Source: Nannocystis bainbridge
Lineage (GTDB): Bacteria; Myxococcota_A; Polyangia; Nannocystales; Nannocystaceae
Length of the DNA: 64,000 nucleotides
Reading direction: 5' to 3'
Assembly (NCBI RefSeq): GCF_028368995.1
Contig: NZ_JAQNDL010000001.1
Coordinates: 3,104,001 to 3,168,000 of the forward strand
The notes beneath the pieces are model-generated. The model had not been told where the DNA came from and searched no databases. It saw nothing but the letters and a program-made list of their open reading frames with translations. Positions 43,528 through 53,075 of this stretch are shown here, piece by piece (within the stretch, counting starts at the first letter, position 1; each line of letters opens with the position of its first letter). The position numbers were made by a program, and so were the translations under genes.

Positions 43528-44718
43528 ATGCGTCTCCGCTCGCGCGTCGCGCTCCTCGCTCTCGCCCTCGCCGCCTGTGATGGTGGCTACAAGCCTCCGC
43601 CGCGCCCACCCACCCCGGCTCCGCCGACCCCGCAGCCGCAGCCTCAGCCGCGCCCCCAGCCGCAGCAGCCGGCCCCTCCACCAGCGGACCCGGCCGTCGC
43701 CATCTCCGCGCACGGCGAGCACAGCTGTATTCGCCGCAAGTCGGGTGCGGTCGCGTGTTGGGGCAAGAACAGCGACGGCCAGCTCGGCGACGGCGGCCGC
43801 GCCGACCTGCCCCGGGCCGCGCCCGTACCTGGTCTTTCGGGCATGTCCGAAGTGTCAGCCGGTGGCAACTTCACCTGCGCGCGCAAGCCCGGCGGCCAGG
43901 TGCTGTGTTGGGGCAACAACGAGGACGGCCAGCTCGGCGACGGCGCCGGCGCGCGGCCGGGCGCGCGCAGCAACACGCCCGTGACCGTCGCGGGGCTCGC
44001 CGACGCGGTCGAGCTCGTCGCCGGTGGCGCGCACGCGTGCGCCCGGCGCAAGGCCGGCGGCGCGGTCTGCTGGGGCCTCGGCGAGAACGGCCAGCTCGGC
44101 ACCCAGGCCGACCGCGCGGCCCGGCCCCTGGCTGTCCCTTCGACCAGCCGCGCCGTCCAGCTCGCGGCCGGCGACGCGCACACCTGCGCCCGCAACGACA
44201 GCGGCACCGTCCTCTGCTGGGGCCGCAACACCGAGGGCCAGCTCGGCGACGGCCTCCACGCCGGCCGCTCGACCCCCAAGCCGGTCCCCGGCCTCAGCGA
44301 CGCCGTCGACCTGGTCGCTGGCGGCAAGCACACCTGCGCCCGCCGCAAGACCGGCGGCGTGGCCTGCTGGGGTCACAACCAGGACGGCCAGCTCGGCGAC
44401 GGCACCAGCGGCACCTTCGCGCAGCGCAGCCCCGTGGTCGTCGCCGGCCTCTCCGCGCCGCTCGAGCTCGCCGCCGGCGGCTCGCACACCTGCGCGAAAG
44501 TCCAGGGTGACAAGGTCCTGTGCTGGGGCGCCGGCCGCAACGGCCAGGTTGACGGCGCCGCCGCCTCGCGCCCGCGCCCGACCCCTGTCCCCGGCCTGAC
44601 CGGCGCCGCCGCGCTCGCCCTCGGCGCCGCCCACTCGTGCGCCCTGCAGTCGTCGGGCAACATCACCTGCTGGGGTAGCGACGAGCACCGCGCCCTCGGC
44701 CCGCGCCGCCTGCCCTGA
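43528..44718 (+). CDS. RCC1-repeat lipoprotein
   Basis: LAAC lipobox; about 7 repeats of AGxxHTCA...VxCWGxNxxGQLGDG. Confidence 0.9.
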   Translation: MRLRSRVALLALALAACDGGYKPPPRPPTPAPPTPQPQPQPRPQPQQPAPPPADPAVAISAHGEHSCIRRKSGAVACWGKNSDGQLGDGGRADLPRAAPVPGLSGMSEVSAGGNFTCARKPGGQVLCWGNNEDGQLGDGAGARPGARSNTPVTVAGLADAVELVAGGAHACARRKAGGAVCWGLGENGQLGTQADRAARPLAVPSTSRAVQLAAGDAHTCARNDSGTVLCWGRNTEGQLGDGLHAGRSTPKPVPGLSDAVDLVAGGKHTCARRKTGGVACWGHNQDGQLGDGTSGTFAQRSPVVVAGLSAPLELAAGGSHTCAKVQGDKVLCWGAGRNGQVDGAAASRPRPTPVPGLTGAAALALGAAHSCALQSSGNITCWGSDEHRALGPRRLP

Positions 44719-44912
44719 TCGACATGCCCTCCAGGACATGCTCTTGACGACATGTCCTGCAGAGCAGGATCGTATCGACATGCCCTGGAGGACATCGGCG
44801 GCCCGCCAGGCCGGATCGGGACAGGCCGGCGAGCCCTCGAAGGTCACCCGCTCGACGCTCCAGCGTCCGCGTCGACATGTCCCGAAGGCCATATGATATG
44901 TCCCGGCGGACA
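44711..44912. repeat. Array of six phased 14-bp palindromes plus two further copies
   Basis: TGCCCTGATCGACA|TGCCCTCCAGGACA|TGCTCTTGACGACA|TGTCCTGCAGAGCA|GGATCGTATCGACA|TGCCCTGGAGGACA; TGTCCCGAAGGCCA; TGTCCCGGCGGACA. Confidence 0.88.
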
Positions 44913-45006
44913 TATCATCCCGAGCGCCGGGAGCATCGCCTCGCTCGCATGCTCCCATCCTGCCGCAACCGCGGCCCCTGGCCCATGGACCCCGATCGGA
45001 CTGACC

Positions 45007-46452
45007 TCAGCCGATCGTGCCCACCGACTGGACCGTGAATTCGCGCTGGTTGCGGAACACCACGTCGTATACCGGCAGACCCTTCGCAAGCACTGACAGC
45101 GTCGCTGCTTGCTGGATCTCCGCCAGCCGGCGGATGTCCTTACGGAGGATCCCGTACTCCGCCTCCCCGAGCGGCAGCAGCTCCGGGTGGGTCGTGAAGT
45201 AGCGCGCCACCTGCTCGCGCATGAAGTCGGCCACCTGCGGGTGGTTGACGAAGATCTGCACCCCCGCCGTGCCGCACGCCGGCGAGATCAGCGGCACGCG
45301 GGTGAACGCCCACACGCCTTGCTCGAGGCGGACATTGACGACCGCGCCCTCCTCGTGGCCGCCGCCGAGGATCACCAGGTCGAGCTCGACCATCCCGTTC
45401 CAGCGCATCGAGAACAGCGCGCGCAGGAACGCCTCGACCAGCGGGCGGCGGACCAGGTAGCGCTCGGGGTGCTGCAGCATCAGCCGCAGGTGGCCGCAGC
45501 CGAGGTTGCCGGGCGTGATCACGTGCTCCAGCATCTGCGATCGCAGCGCCTCGGGCGGGCTGTTGAGGAACGCCCGCCACTCCTTCGGCCCCGAGCTGGT
45601 CGGCGGCAACCTGTCCGAAAGTGCAGGATCGGCCCGCATCGCCGCGATCAGGTTGTTGGCCGCGGTCGTGTCGGAGTGGATGTAGAAGTGGCCGAACGTC
45701 TCGACGTAGCCCTCGAGCAGCGCGCCGATCCGCTCGAGCGGGACCGGCTGGCCCGACACGCGCTCGACCGCCGCCAGCGCCAGCAGGAACTCGCCCGCGT
45801 CGCCGCCCGGCGTGCCGACCACCGCGTGGTCGTCGCGACCGTCGACGCACGACGTCTTGCTGTGCAGCATCAGCGCCGCCATCTTGACCCACCGGACCCG
45901 CTGCGCGTCGCCGATGTGGGCCTCGATCTGCGCCTGCGCCAGCGGCCCCGGGGCCGTCTCGATCTCGAGCGGCGCCGGCGCTGGCAGGGTCGGCTGACGC
46001 AGGATCGCCTCGTCGCGCATCGTCGCGAACCCGAACTTGCGCCACGCCGAGATCCCGCCATCCATCACCGCGACGAACTCCATGCCGAGGCACTCGAGCT
46101 CCTGCGCCGCTCTGGCCGCTCGCGGTCCGCCGTTGCGCGACACCAGCACCACCGGCGTGCCCGGCGACCACCGCCCCGCCGCCTCGTGGATGCGCGCCAG
46201 CGGCAGCCACACGCTGCCTGGCACGTAGCCGAGCGGCCCGGTCAGCTCCTCCGCCTCGCGCACGTCGACCAGCTGGACCGCGCGGCCCTGGCGGCCGACA
46301 AACTCGACCGGCAGCAGCGGCGTCCCGTCGGGCGCCGTCCACAGCTGACCGAGCCAGTTGAGCTTGACCAGCCGCTCGTGGATCGGCAGCGTCAGCAGCT
46401 CGGCCGAGGTGACCTCCTTCGGGTCTGTCCGTTTCAACCTGTCCCTCCGCAC
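45007..46452 (-). CDS. Rhodanese-like domain fused to a putative carbonic anhydrase-like (CDCA/zeta-like) domain
   Basis: LVDVREAEE...GYVPGS...MDGGISAW (rhodanese); CVDGR, TPGG, HSD, GCGH, GHEEGAVV. Confidence 0.75.
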   Translation of the reverse strand: MRRDRLKRTDPKEVTSAELLTLPIHERLVKLNWLGQLWTAPDGTPLLPVEFVGRQGRAVQLVDVREAEELTGPLGYVPGSVWLPLARIHEAAGRWSPGTPVVLVSRNGGPRAARAAQELECLGMEFVAVMDGGISAWRKFGFATMRDEAILRQPTLPAPAPLEIETAPGPLAQAQIEAHIGDAQRVRWVKMAALMLHSKTSCVDGRDDHAVVGTPGGDAGEFLLALAAVERVSGQPVPLERIGALLEGYVETFGHFYIHSDTTAANNLIAAMRADPALSDRLPPTSSGPKEWRAFLNSPPEALRSQMLEHVITPGNLGCGHLRLMLQHPERYLVRRPLVEAFLRALFSMRWNGMVELDLVILGGGHEEGAVVNVRLEQGVWAFTRVPLISPACGTAGVQIFVNHPQVADFMREQVARYFTTHPELLPLGEAEYGILRKDIRRLAEIQQAATLSVLAKGLPVYDVVFRNQREFTVQSVGTIG

Positions 46453-46469
46453 ATGTTCATTGATTCATG

Positions 46470-47831
46470 TCACTTTGCGGCGCCGGCGGGGCGCCGGCGC
46501 AGCGCGAAGAAGTAGTACGGCAGCGGCAGCAGCAAGCAGGCCGCGGTGAGCGCGACGATCGTCGCGCCCGAGCCGGCGATCATCAGCACTACCACGGCCA
46601 GCCCGATCGAGGCGGTCCACGGCGCCCGGCGGTGTTGCTGCGGCGAGAAGCGATCGGGTTCGCGCCGCAGCAGCCTCAGCTGGGCCGCGCAGGCCGCCCC
46701 GATCGCCACCAGCGCGGTCGCCGTCGAGAGCAGGGCGATGAAGTTGTAGATCTCGAGCGTCGAGCCGCTGAAGTACAGCCCGACCAGCGCGCCCGACAGC
46801 ACCGCCGTGAGCACCAGCGCGCGCGTCGGCGTGCCGAAGCGCGGGTGCAGCTGCGCCAGCGCGCGCGGCCCCAGCCCGTCGCGCGCGGTCGCGTGGGCCA
46901 TGCGGCTGGTGACCAGCACCCAGCCGTTCAGGATCCCCGCCACTGACACCAGCGCGCCCACCGTCACCAGCGTCGCCGCCGTCGGCCCGAAGTGATGCGC
47001 CGCCACGTCCGCCAGCGGGCTCGCGCTCTTCGCCAGCAGCTCGGCGGGGACCGCCAGGCTGAGCGAGCCGAGCACCAGCAGGTAGACCACGCAGGTCATG
47101 GCGAAGCCGATGTAGACCGACTTGCGGATCGTGCGACCGGCCCCGCGGATCTCCTCGGCCGGCACCGTCACCGACTCCATGCCGACGAACAGCCACGACA
47201 CCAGCGACACCGCCGGCAGCAGCGAGCCCCAGCCCTTCGGCGCGAACGGCTGCACGTGCTCGAGCGAGGCCAGCGGCCACAGCGCCACGCTGAGGATCAC
47301 CAGCGGCGCCAGCTTGCAGATCACCGTGACCACCTGGATCGCCCCGCCCGCGCGCACTCCGATCGCGTTCGTCAGCGTCAGCGCCCACAGCAGCGCCTGA
47401 CTGACCACGAAGGCCGTCCACGGATCGCCCGCCGCCGGCCACAGCACCGCCAGGTAGCCGACGAACGCGGTGAGGAACGCCGCGTTGCCGATCACCGCGC
47501 ACAGCCAGTACAGGAACCCGACCTCGAGCCCGACAAGGTCGCCGAAGGCCCGGCGCGCGAACGCCTGCAGCCCACCCGACACCGGATAGGCCCCGCCGAG
47601 GTCGGCGAACACCGCCGTGAGGCACAGGTAGCCGGCCGCGTTGATCGCCCACGCCACCAGCCCCAGCGGCCCCGCGGTCTCGGCCAGGCTCGACGGGATC
47701 ACGTAGATCCCCGAGCCGATCATGTTGCCGACCACCAGCGCCGTGGTCGCCACGAGCCCGAGCCCGCGGAACATCCCCGAGCCCGAGGGCGGGAGAGTCG
47801 GCGTCGTCCCGGTCGTGGCGGTCACCGTCAC
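46470..47831 (-). CDS. APC-family amino acid permease (AdiC/PotE-like)
   Basis: GNMIGSGIY, WLFVGMES, 12 TM; GTGA overlap with the upstream gene. Confidence 0.88.
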   Translation of the reverse strand: MTVTATTGTTPTLPPSGSGMFRGLGLVATTALVVGNMIGSGIYVIPSSLAETAGPLGLVAWAINAAGYLCLTAVFADLGGAYPVSGGLQAFARRAFGDLVGLEVGFLYWLCAVIGNAAFLTAFVGYLAVLWPAAGDPWTAFVVSQALLWALTLTNAIGVRAGGAIQVVTVICKLAPLVILSVALWPLASLEHVQPFAPKGWGSLLPAVSLVSWLFVGMESVTVPAEEIRGAGRTIRKSVYIGFAMTCVVYLLVLGSLSLAVPAELLAKSASPLADVAAHHFGPTAATLVTVGALVSVAGILNGWVLVTSRMAHATARDGLGPRALAQLHPRFGTPTRALVLTAVLSGALVGLYFSGSTLEIYNFIALLSTATALVAIGAACAAQLRLLRREPDRFSPQQHRRAPWTASIGLAVVVLMIAGSGATIVALTAACLLLPLPYYFFALRRRPAGAAK

Positions 47832-49084
47832 CCGATCGGCCGCAGCCGGCTCATCAGCGGCTCGACCTGCTTGCTCAGGCCCTGCTCCTTCGAGCGGCGC
47901 ACCAGGCTGCCGGCGGTGAACAGCGCGAAGCTGACGTAGTCGTACAGCAGCTCCTTGAGCTGGCGCTCGATGTTGGCCCCGGCGAACAGCGCCCTGGCGT
48001 TGTCGACCACTCGCTGGGCCTCGAACGCGCCCTTTTCGGCCGGGCCCGCGCGCGAGAACAGCTGCTCGTAGGTCGGGTCGACGAAGCTGGCCAGGTTGTT
48101 GCGCAGGATCGTGCCCTTGCCGCCCGAGTCGGCGTCCTGGTGGATCTGCTGCAGCACCGCGTTGGCGGTCTCGACCACCTCGAGCGGCCCGCCGCGCATG
48201 CGCGGCTTCTGCATCACCACGTGCTTCGACTGGATCAGCTGGAACAGCTGCTTGGTGGTCTGGAACTCGCCGAGGCCGAGCACGCGGCCGAGCTCGATCA
48301 CGCTGAGCACCCCGTCGATCGCCTCGTAGATCGCGCGGAACTCCTTGGGCGGCTCGGTGCGGCCCTCGGCGCGCTCGGGCACGTAGTCGCCGCTCGGCAC
48401 CCGCTGCCGGAAGTAGCGCATCTCGTCCATGCGCGTGACCCCGTCCATCAGCAGGTTGTTGAGGTTGAGCGAGTGGTGGAACGGGATCGCCTCGTCGTCG
48501 AAGCCGTCGAGGAAGCAGAACATCCCGTCGCCGACCTGCATCGACGCCAGCACGATCTCTTCGGCCTGCTTGCCGAGGTAGTGATAGACCTGCGAATGGT
48601 TCGAGATCCCGAGCTCGACCGCCATGTCGCCGAAGCGCAGGGTCGACTCCTTCTGCTTGTCGAGCGTGTGGCGCAGCTGGAACTCGTCGATCGCGCCGAA
48701 GCGGTACATGATCTTGCCGAACCGCTCCTCGTCGACGTCGCTGGTGGCGCACACCGCGTTGCCGGAGTCGATGAAGATGCTGCGCACGTGCTCGCCGTCG
48801 CGGACCGTCAGCTCGCCGCGCCAGTTGGCCTGGGCGATCAGGGCGATGACGTCGCACATCGTCCCGGGGTGCGTGATCTCGCCGGCCAGGCGGACGATCG
48901 CGCCGTCTTCCTCGTCGCGCCGGCCGTCCTGGCCGGTGAAGCGCATGAACACCACGTGGTTCGGCGTCGGCATCAGCCGGTACGCGCCCACGCGGGCCCG
49001 CATCTGCGTGCCCGCGTGATCGCCGTGCGGCTGCGCCACGCCTCGCTCATCGATGAAGACCAGGTCGTCTTGCGGCTTGCGCAT
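47828..49084 (-). CDS. DUF4388 (PATAN-like) domain protein
   Basis: LAGEI...DVIALI...GELTV...IFIDSG...S...RFGKIM...RFGD pattern typical of myxobacterial DUF4388 proteins. Confidence 0.75.
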   Translation of the reverse strand: MRKPQDDLVFIDERGVAQPHGDHAGTQMRARVGAYRLMPTPNHVVFMRFTGQDGRRDEEDGAIVRLAGEITHPGTMCDVIALIAQANWRGELTVRDGEHVRSIFIDSGNAVCATSDVDEERFGKIMYRFGAIDEFQLRHTLDKQKESTLRFGDMAVELGISNHSQVYHYLGKQAEEIVLASMQVGDGMFCFLDGFDDEAIPFHHSLNLNNLLMDGVTRMDEMRYFRQRVPSGDYVPERAEGRTEPPKEFRAIYEAIDGVLSVIELGRVLGLGEFQTTKQLFQLIQSKHVVMQKPRMRGGPLEVVETANAVLQQIHQDADSGGKGTILRNNLASFVDPTYEQLFSRAGPAEKGAFEAQRVVDNARALFAGANIERQLKELLYDYVSFALFTAGSLVRRSKEQGLSKQVEPLMSRLRPIG

Positions 49085-49239
49085 GCGCTGCGCGGACCTG
49101 CGTCCGCGTTCTCCGCCAGTTTGGTATCACCCGCGCGATCTGCCCGCAAGCGGCCGCGCGACCTCGGGAGCGCGTTGCGACCGGCGCCGCCGCTCGTGGA
49201 GACAGCGTTCCACGCGCCCGCGCCCGCCTCGCGCACGCC

Positions 49240-49689
49240 TCACTCGAGGCGGAACGTGAACAGCACCGTGTCTTGCGGCTCCTCCGCCCCGCCCGCGGCC
49301 GCGTACAGCCGCATCGCCGGGGTGTTGCCGCGGTCGGTCGCCACCCACGCCACGCCGCACCCGAGCTCGCGGCCCAGCGCCAGCGTCGCCTGCAGCAGCG
49401 CCTGTCCGAGCCCCTGTCCGCGGTGCGACGAGGCCACGCCGACCTCGTTGATCCACAGCTCCGGGTCGGCCTTGTCGGGGTGGAGGTAATCGACCGCCGA
49501 GACCATGCCGACCACCACCCCGTCGGCGAGCGCGACCATCAGGTGGTGGTGCCGGTCGGCCAGGAACTCGCGCGCGCGCGCCGGCACGATCGGGTCGTCG
49601 AACACGTCGGCGGCGACCTGCCCCAGCAGCTCGGCCTCGTCCGCCGCGAGCGGCCTGATCTCGAGCGTCATGGCTGCTCCTTGCGACAT
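49240..49689 (-). CDS. GNAT acetyltransferase
   Basis: VGVASSHRGQGLGQAL; NTPAMRLY. Confidence 0.88.
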   Translation of the reverse strand: MSQGAAMTLEIRPLAADEAELLGQVAADVFDDPIVPARAREFLADRHHHLMVALADGVVVGMVSAVDYLHPDKADPELWINEVGVASSHRGQGLGQALLQATLALGRELGCGVAWVATDRGNTPAMRLYAAAGGAEEPQDTVLFTFRLE

Positions 49690-49692
49690 GTC

Positions 49693-50703
49693 CTAGAAGA
49701 CAGCCACGGACCCGGCCCAGGTGAAGCCGGCGCCGAAGGCGGCCATCAGCACGCGCGAGCCGGGGCCGATCTTGCCGGCGCGCCACGACTCGCTGATGCC
49801 GATCGGGATGGTCGCGGCGGTGGTGTTGCCGTAGCGCTCGATGTTGTGGACGACCCGGTCCTCGGGGATCCCGAGCTTGGCGGCCACCATTTGGTTGATG
49901 CGCATGTTGGCCTGGTGCGGCACGAACATGTCGATGTCGGCCATCGTCAGGCCGGCCTTGCGGACCACCGAGTGGGCCACCTCGGGCATCTTCTCGGTGG
50001 CCCAGCGGAACACCTGCTTGCCGTTCATGCGCGGGTAATGGCGGCCCTCGGCGAACATCTCCTCGGTCAGCCGCGGCACGAACATGCTGGCCGGGGCCTC
50101 GACCCACAGCTCCTGGGCGCCGACGCCGTCGGCGTGGAGCTCGATGTTGTGGATGCCCTGGTCTTCGCGCGTGGCCTCGCCGACCACCACACAGCCAGCG
50201 CCGTCGCCGAACAGCACCGCGACGTCGCGGCCGCGCTCGTTGAACTCCATCCCGGTCGAGTGGACCTCGGCGCCGGCGACGAGCACGTTCTTGTAGACGC
50301 CGGCGCGGACCCACGCGTCGGCGACCGACAGGCTGTACAGGAAGCCCGAGCACTGGTTGCGCACGTCGAGCGCCGGCACGCCGGCGATCCCCAGCTTGTG
50401 AGCGAGGAAGCAGCCCGACCCGGGGAAGTTCACGTCCGGGCTGAGGGTCGCGAAGATCACCGCGTCGATGTCCTTCACCTCGCGGCCGGCCTGCTCGAGC
50501 GCCATCCTGGCCGCCGGCAGCGCCAGGTCGCTGGGGCCGATGCCCGAGCGCTCGATGTAGCGGCGCTCGCGGATCCCCGTGCGCTGGTGGATCCATTCGT
50601 CGCTGGTCGGCATCAACTTCGCCAGGTCGTCGTTCGTCACGACCCGCGTCGGCACGTAGTGGCCCGAACCCAGGATAGCGGCGCGCTTGGTCATCGCCGG
50701 CAT
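49693..50703 (-). CDS. fabH: 3-oxoacyl-ACP synthase III family
   Basis: TSDEWIHQRTGI, NQCSGF, LFGDGAG, PHQAN, YGNT, FGAGFTW. Confidence 0.9.
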   Translation of the reverse strand: MPAMTKRAAILGSGHYVPTRVVTNDDLAKLMPTSDEWIHQRTGIRERRYIERSGIGPSDLALPAARMALEQAGREVKDIDAVIFATLSPDVNFPGSGCFLAHKLGIAGVPALDVRNQCSGFLYSLSVADAWVRAGVYKNVLVAGAEVHSTGMEFNERGRDVAVLFGDGAGCVVVGEATREDQGIHNIELHADGVGAQELWVEAPASMFVPRLTEEMFAEGRHYPRMNGKQVFRWATEKMPEVAHSVVRKAGLTMADIDMFVPHQANMRINQMVAAKLGIPEDRVVHNIERYGNTTAATIPIGISESWRAGKIGPGSRVLMAAFGAGFTWAGSVAVF

Positions 50704-50993
50704 GGTGCCAGGCACGCCGCGACGTTCAAGCTGAAACCCCTTTCGCACCGCGCCTGCAGGCCGGGCGCAGGGTTTTTCGCAGGGGCAGCGCACGCGTCCG
50801 CGGACCGCGGCGCGCCCGTGGAGCGCGGCGCCACGCGATCCTGGCGGGCGCGACGGGAGGCCCGACCGCGGGACCCGGGGCGCGGACGCCAGGAGGCGCG
50901 ACGCCGGGCGGCGGACGAGGGACCAAAAGCCGAGACCGAGCAGGCGGTGTGCCGGCTCGGTCTCGTGTGGTGCGGGTTTGGGTTCCCGCGGGG

Positions 50994-51066
50994 TGGAGGC
51001 GAGGGGGATCGAACCCCTGACCTTCGCGCTGCCAGCGCGACGCTCTCCCAGCTGAGCTACGCCCCC
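50994..51066 (-). tRNA. tRNA-Ala (GGC)
   Basis: GGGGGCGTAGCTCAGCTGGGAGAGCGTCGCGCTGGCAGCGCGAAGGTCAGGGGTTCGATCCCCCTCGCCTCCA; G3:U70; anticodon GGC; CCA not encoded. Confidence 0.97.
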
Positions 51067-51326
51067 AGGTCGTTTGGTGGGCGGAGTGTCTAACAGCGAA
51101 GCCCCCGGCTCGTCAAGCCCCTTCGCGTGAGCGCACTCCCATGGCGGCGGCACCGACAGGTTGCGACAGGCCCCTGGCAGAGAGTACACCGCTTCAATCC
51201 GCTCCCGGCGGACCTTTTTCCTCGCTCTTCTTCTCGCTTTCCCTGCCCTCCGCCGAGCCTCGGCCCGGGCACCTGGCAACACTCACGGGCCTACCGCCGG
51301 CCTCTCCGACCGGGCGAACCACCGCG

Positions 51327-52025
51327 ATGGATCTCAAGGAACTCTTCGAACAGGGCGGGCCCCTGATGTGGGCCATCTTGGTCGCCTCGATCGTGGGCGT
51401 CGGCATCTTCTTCGAGCGGCTGTGGTCGACCCAGCGGTCCAAGGTGCTGCCCCGGGCCTTCGTCGACCGCATCCGCGCCCTCGTCGCCAAGGGCAAGGTC
51501 AACGAGGCGCTGCTGCTGTGCGAGGAGAACGCCTCGTCGATCGCCCTCGTGATCGCCTCCGCGCTCCGCGCGTTCGAGCACAGCACCACCCGCGCCGACA
51601 TCAAGGAGGCCGTCGAGGAGGTGGGCGCCCGCGAGATCGCCCACATGGACCGCAACGTCGAGATCGTCGGCACCGTCGCCACCATCTCGCCGCTGCTCGG
51701 CCTCCTCGGCACCGTCGTCGGCATGATCCAGGTGTTCCGCAACTTCGTCGAGGCCTACGCCTCCGGCGCGGTCGGCCCTGACACCTTCGCCCAGGGCATC
51801 TGGCAGGCCCTCATCACCACCGCCTACGGCCTCACCGTGGCGATCCCGATGCTGCTCCTCTACCGCGTGCTGCTCGACCGCACCAACAAGCTGGTGCTCG
51901 AGATGGAGGAGGACGCGATGGCGATCGTCAACCTGCTCGAGGACGGTCGGCGCGCCGCCAAGGCCCGCCCTGCCGCCGCGCAGGTGGCCGAGCCCCGGCC
52001 CGCGCCCGCCGAGGTGACCCCGTGA
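51327..52025 (+). CDS. MotA/TolQ/ExbB proton channel
   Basis: SPLLGLLGTVVGMI; GIWQALITTAYGL. Confidence 0.92.
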   Translation: MDLKELFEQGGPLMWAILVASIVGVGIFFERLWSTQRSKVLPRAFVDRIRALVAKGKVNEALLLCEENASSIALVIASALRAFEHSTTRADIKEAVEEVGAREIAHMDRNVEIVGTVATISPLLGLLGTVVGMIQVFRNFVEAYASGAVGPDTFAQGIWQALITTAYGLTVAIPMLLLYRVLLDRTNKLVLEMEEDAMAIVNLLEDGRRAAKARPAAAQVAEPRPAPAEVTP

Positions 52026-52438
52026 ACTTCCGCGGCAAGGCCGGTCGCAAGCGCCCCGGCAGCGGCGGCAACCTGGTCGACCTGACGCCGCTCATCGACG
52101 TCACCTTCCAGCTGCTCATCTTCTTCCTGCTGACCGCGACCTTCAACACCGACAGCGCCTTCAAGGTCAAGCTGCCCAAGGCCTCGAGCAACGAGCCCGC
52201 CAGCGAGGCCAAGGCCATGGTGGTCGAGATCAGCGAGGACGGCCGGTTCGAGGTCGACCGCGTCGTCGTCGACGACCGCGAGCTGCAGATGCGCCTGTGC
52301 AACGCCGCCAAGGACAACAAGGTGTCGACGGTCAACATCAAGGCCGACCAGAACACCCGCCACGAGAAGGTCGTGCAGGCGATGGACGTGGCCAAGCTGT
52401 GCGGCATCGAGAAGCTCGGCATCCTCCACCGCCACTGA
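52022..52438 (+). CDS. ExbD/TolR family protein
   Basis: DLTPLIDVTFQLLIFFLL; IKAD; VVQAMD. Confidence 0.92.
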   Translation: MNFRGKAGRKRPGSGGNLVDLTPLIDVTFQLLIFFLLTATFNTDSAFKVKLPKASSNEPASEAKAMVVEISEDGRFEVDRVVVDDRELQMRLCNAAKDNKVSTVNIKADQNTRHEKVVQAMDVAKLCGIEKLGILHRH

Positions 52439-52590
52439 GCCTTCGGGACATGTCCTCCGGGACATACTAACCCGACAGGCATGGCCCGGGATGTTTGACC
52501 CGACAGACATGTCCCTCGGGACAGCCTGAGCCTAACAGACATGTCCCTCGGGATAGCCTGAGCCCGACGGACCTGTCCTCGCGGCCATCT
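52437..52590. repeat. 14-bp palindromes embedded in about 32-bp tandem units
   Basis: TGTCCCTCGGGA(C/T)AGCCTGAGCC(T/C)(A/G)AC(A/G)GAC(A/C) twice, plus degenerate flanking copies. Confidence 0.82.
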
Positions 52591-52775
52591 CGCCTTCGGC
52601 GCAGCCCGCATGTCGGCCGCGCCCGCGGACGGCCCGCGCCATCGTCGCGTCCGCTCGACCTGCCCTGTGACGGCTGTCCGTCACTGCACGGGTGCGCAGC
52701 ATCGCGCGCTCGCGCGGGCGCTCTCGCCGATTTTTTGCCCCGATCGATCACCCCGGCCAAGGTCGGCCCGCTCCC

Positions 52776-53075
52776 ATGCAATGGGTCAACCGGATCTTGC
52801 TCGCCGCGCTGCTCGCGTTCGCGATCGCCTACCTGCCGCAGCACGTCGCCACCGGCGGCAGCGCCGAGGACCTCGCGCGCGTGGAGAAGGAGCACGCCTC
52901 GCTGCGCCGCGGCAACGAGCGGCTGCAGGGCGACATCGAGGCCCTGCGCGCCGAGATCGCCGCGCTCAAGCGCGACCCGGAAGAGGTCGCGCGGATCGCC
53001 CGCGAGGACCTCAACCTGATCCGGCCCGGTGAAGTGGTGTTCGAGATCCGCCGCGACGACAAGACCAAGCCATGA
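52776..53075 (+). CDS. ftsB: FtsB/DivIC septum formation initiator
   Basis: N-terminal TM, coiled coil, IAREDLNLIRPGEVVF. Confidence 0.85.
   Translation: MQWVNRILLAALLAFAIAYLPQHVATGGSAEDLARVEKEHASLRRGNERLQGDIEALRAEIAALKRDPEEVARIAREDLNLIRPGEVVFEIRRDDKTKP

Noticed and set aside
46470-48857. 795-aa fused permease ORF
   Set aside because: The upstream half is an alternative frame of the DUF4388 gene; the permease starts near 47831.
50700-51330. tRNA-Ala as an integration site for an island or prophage
   Set aside because: No integrase, no duplicated tRNA 3' end, and no compositional shift seen.
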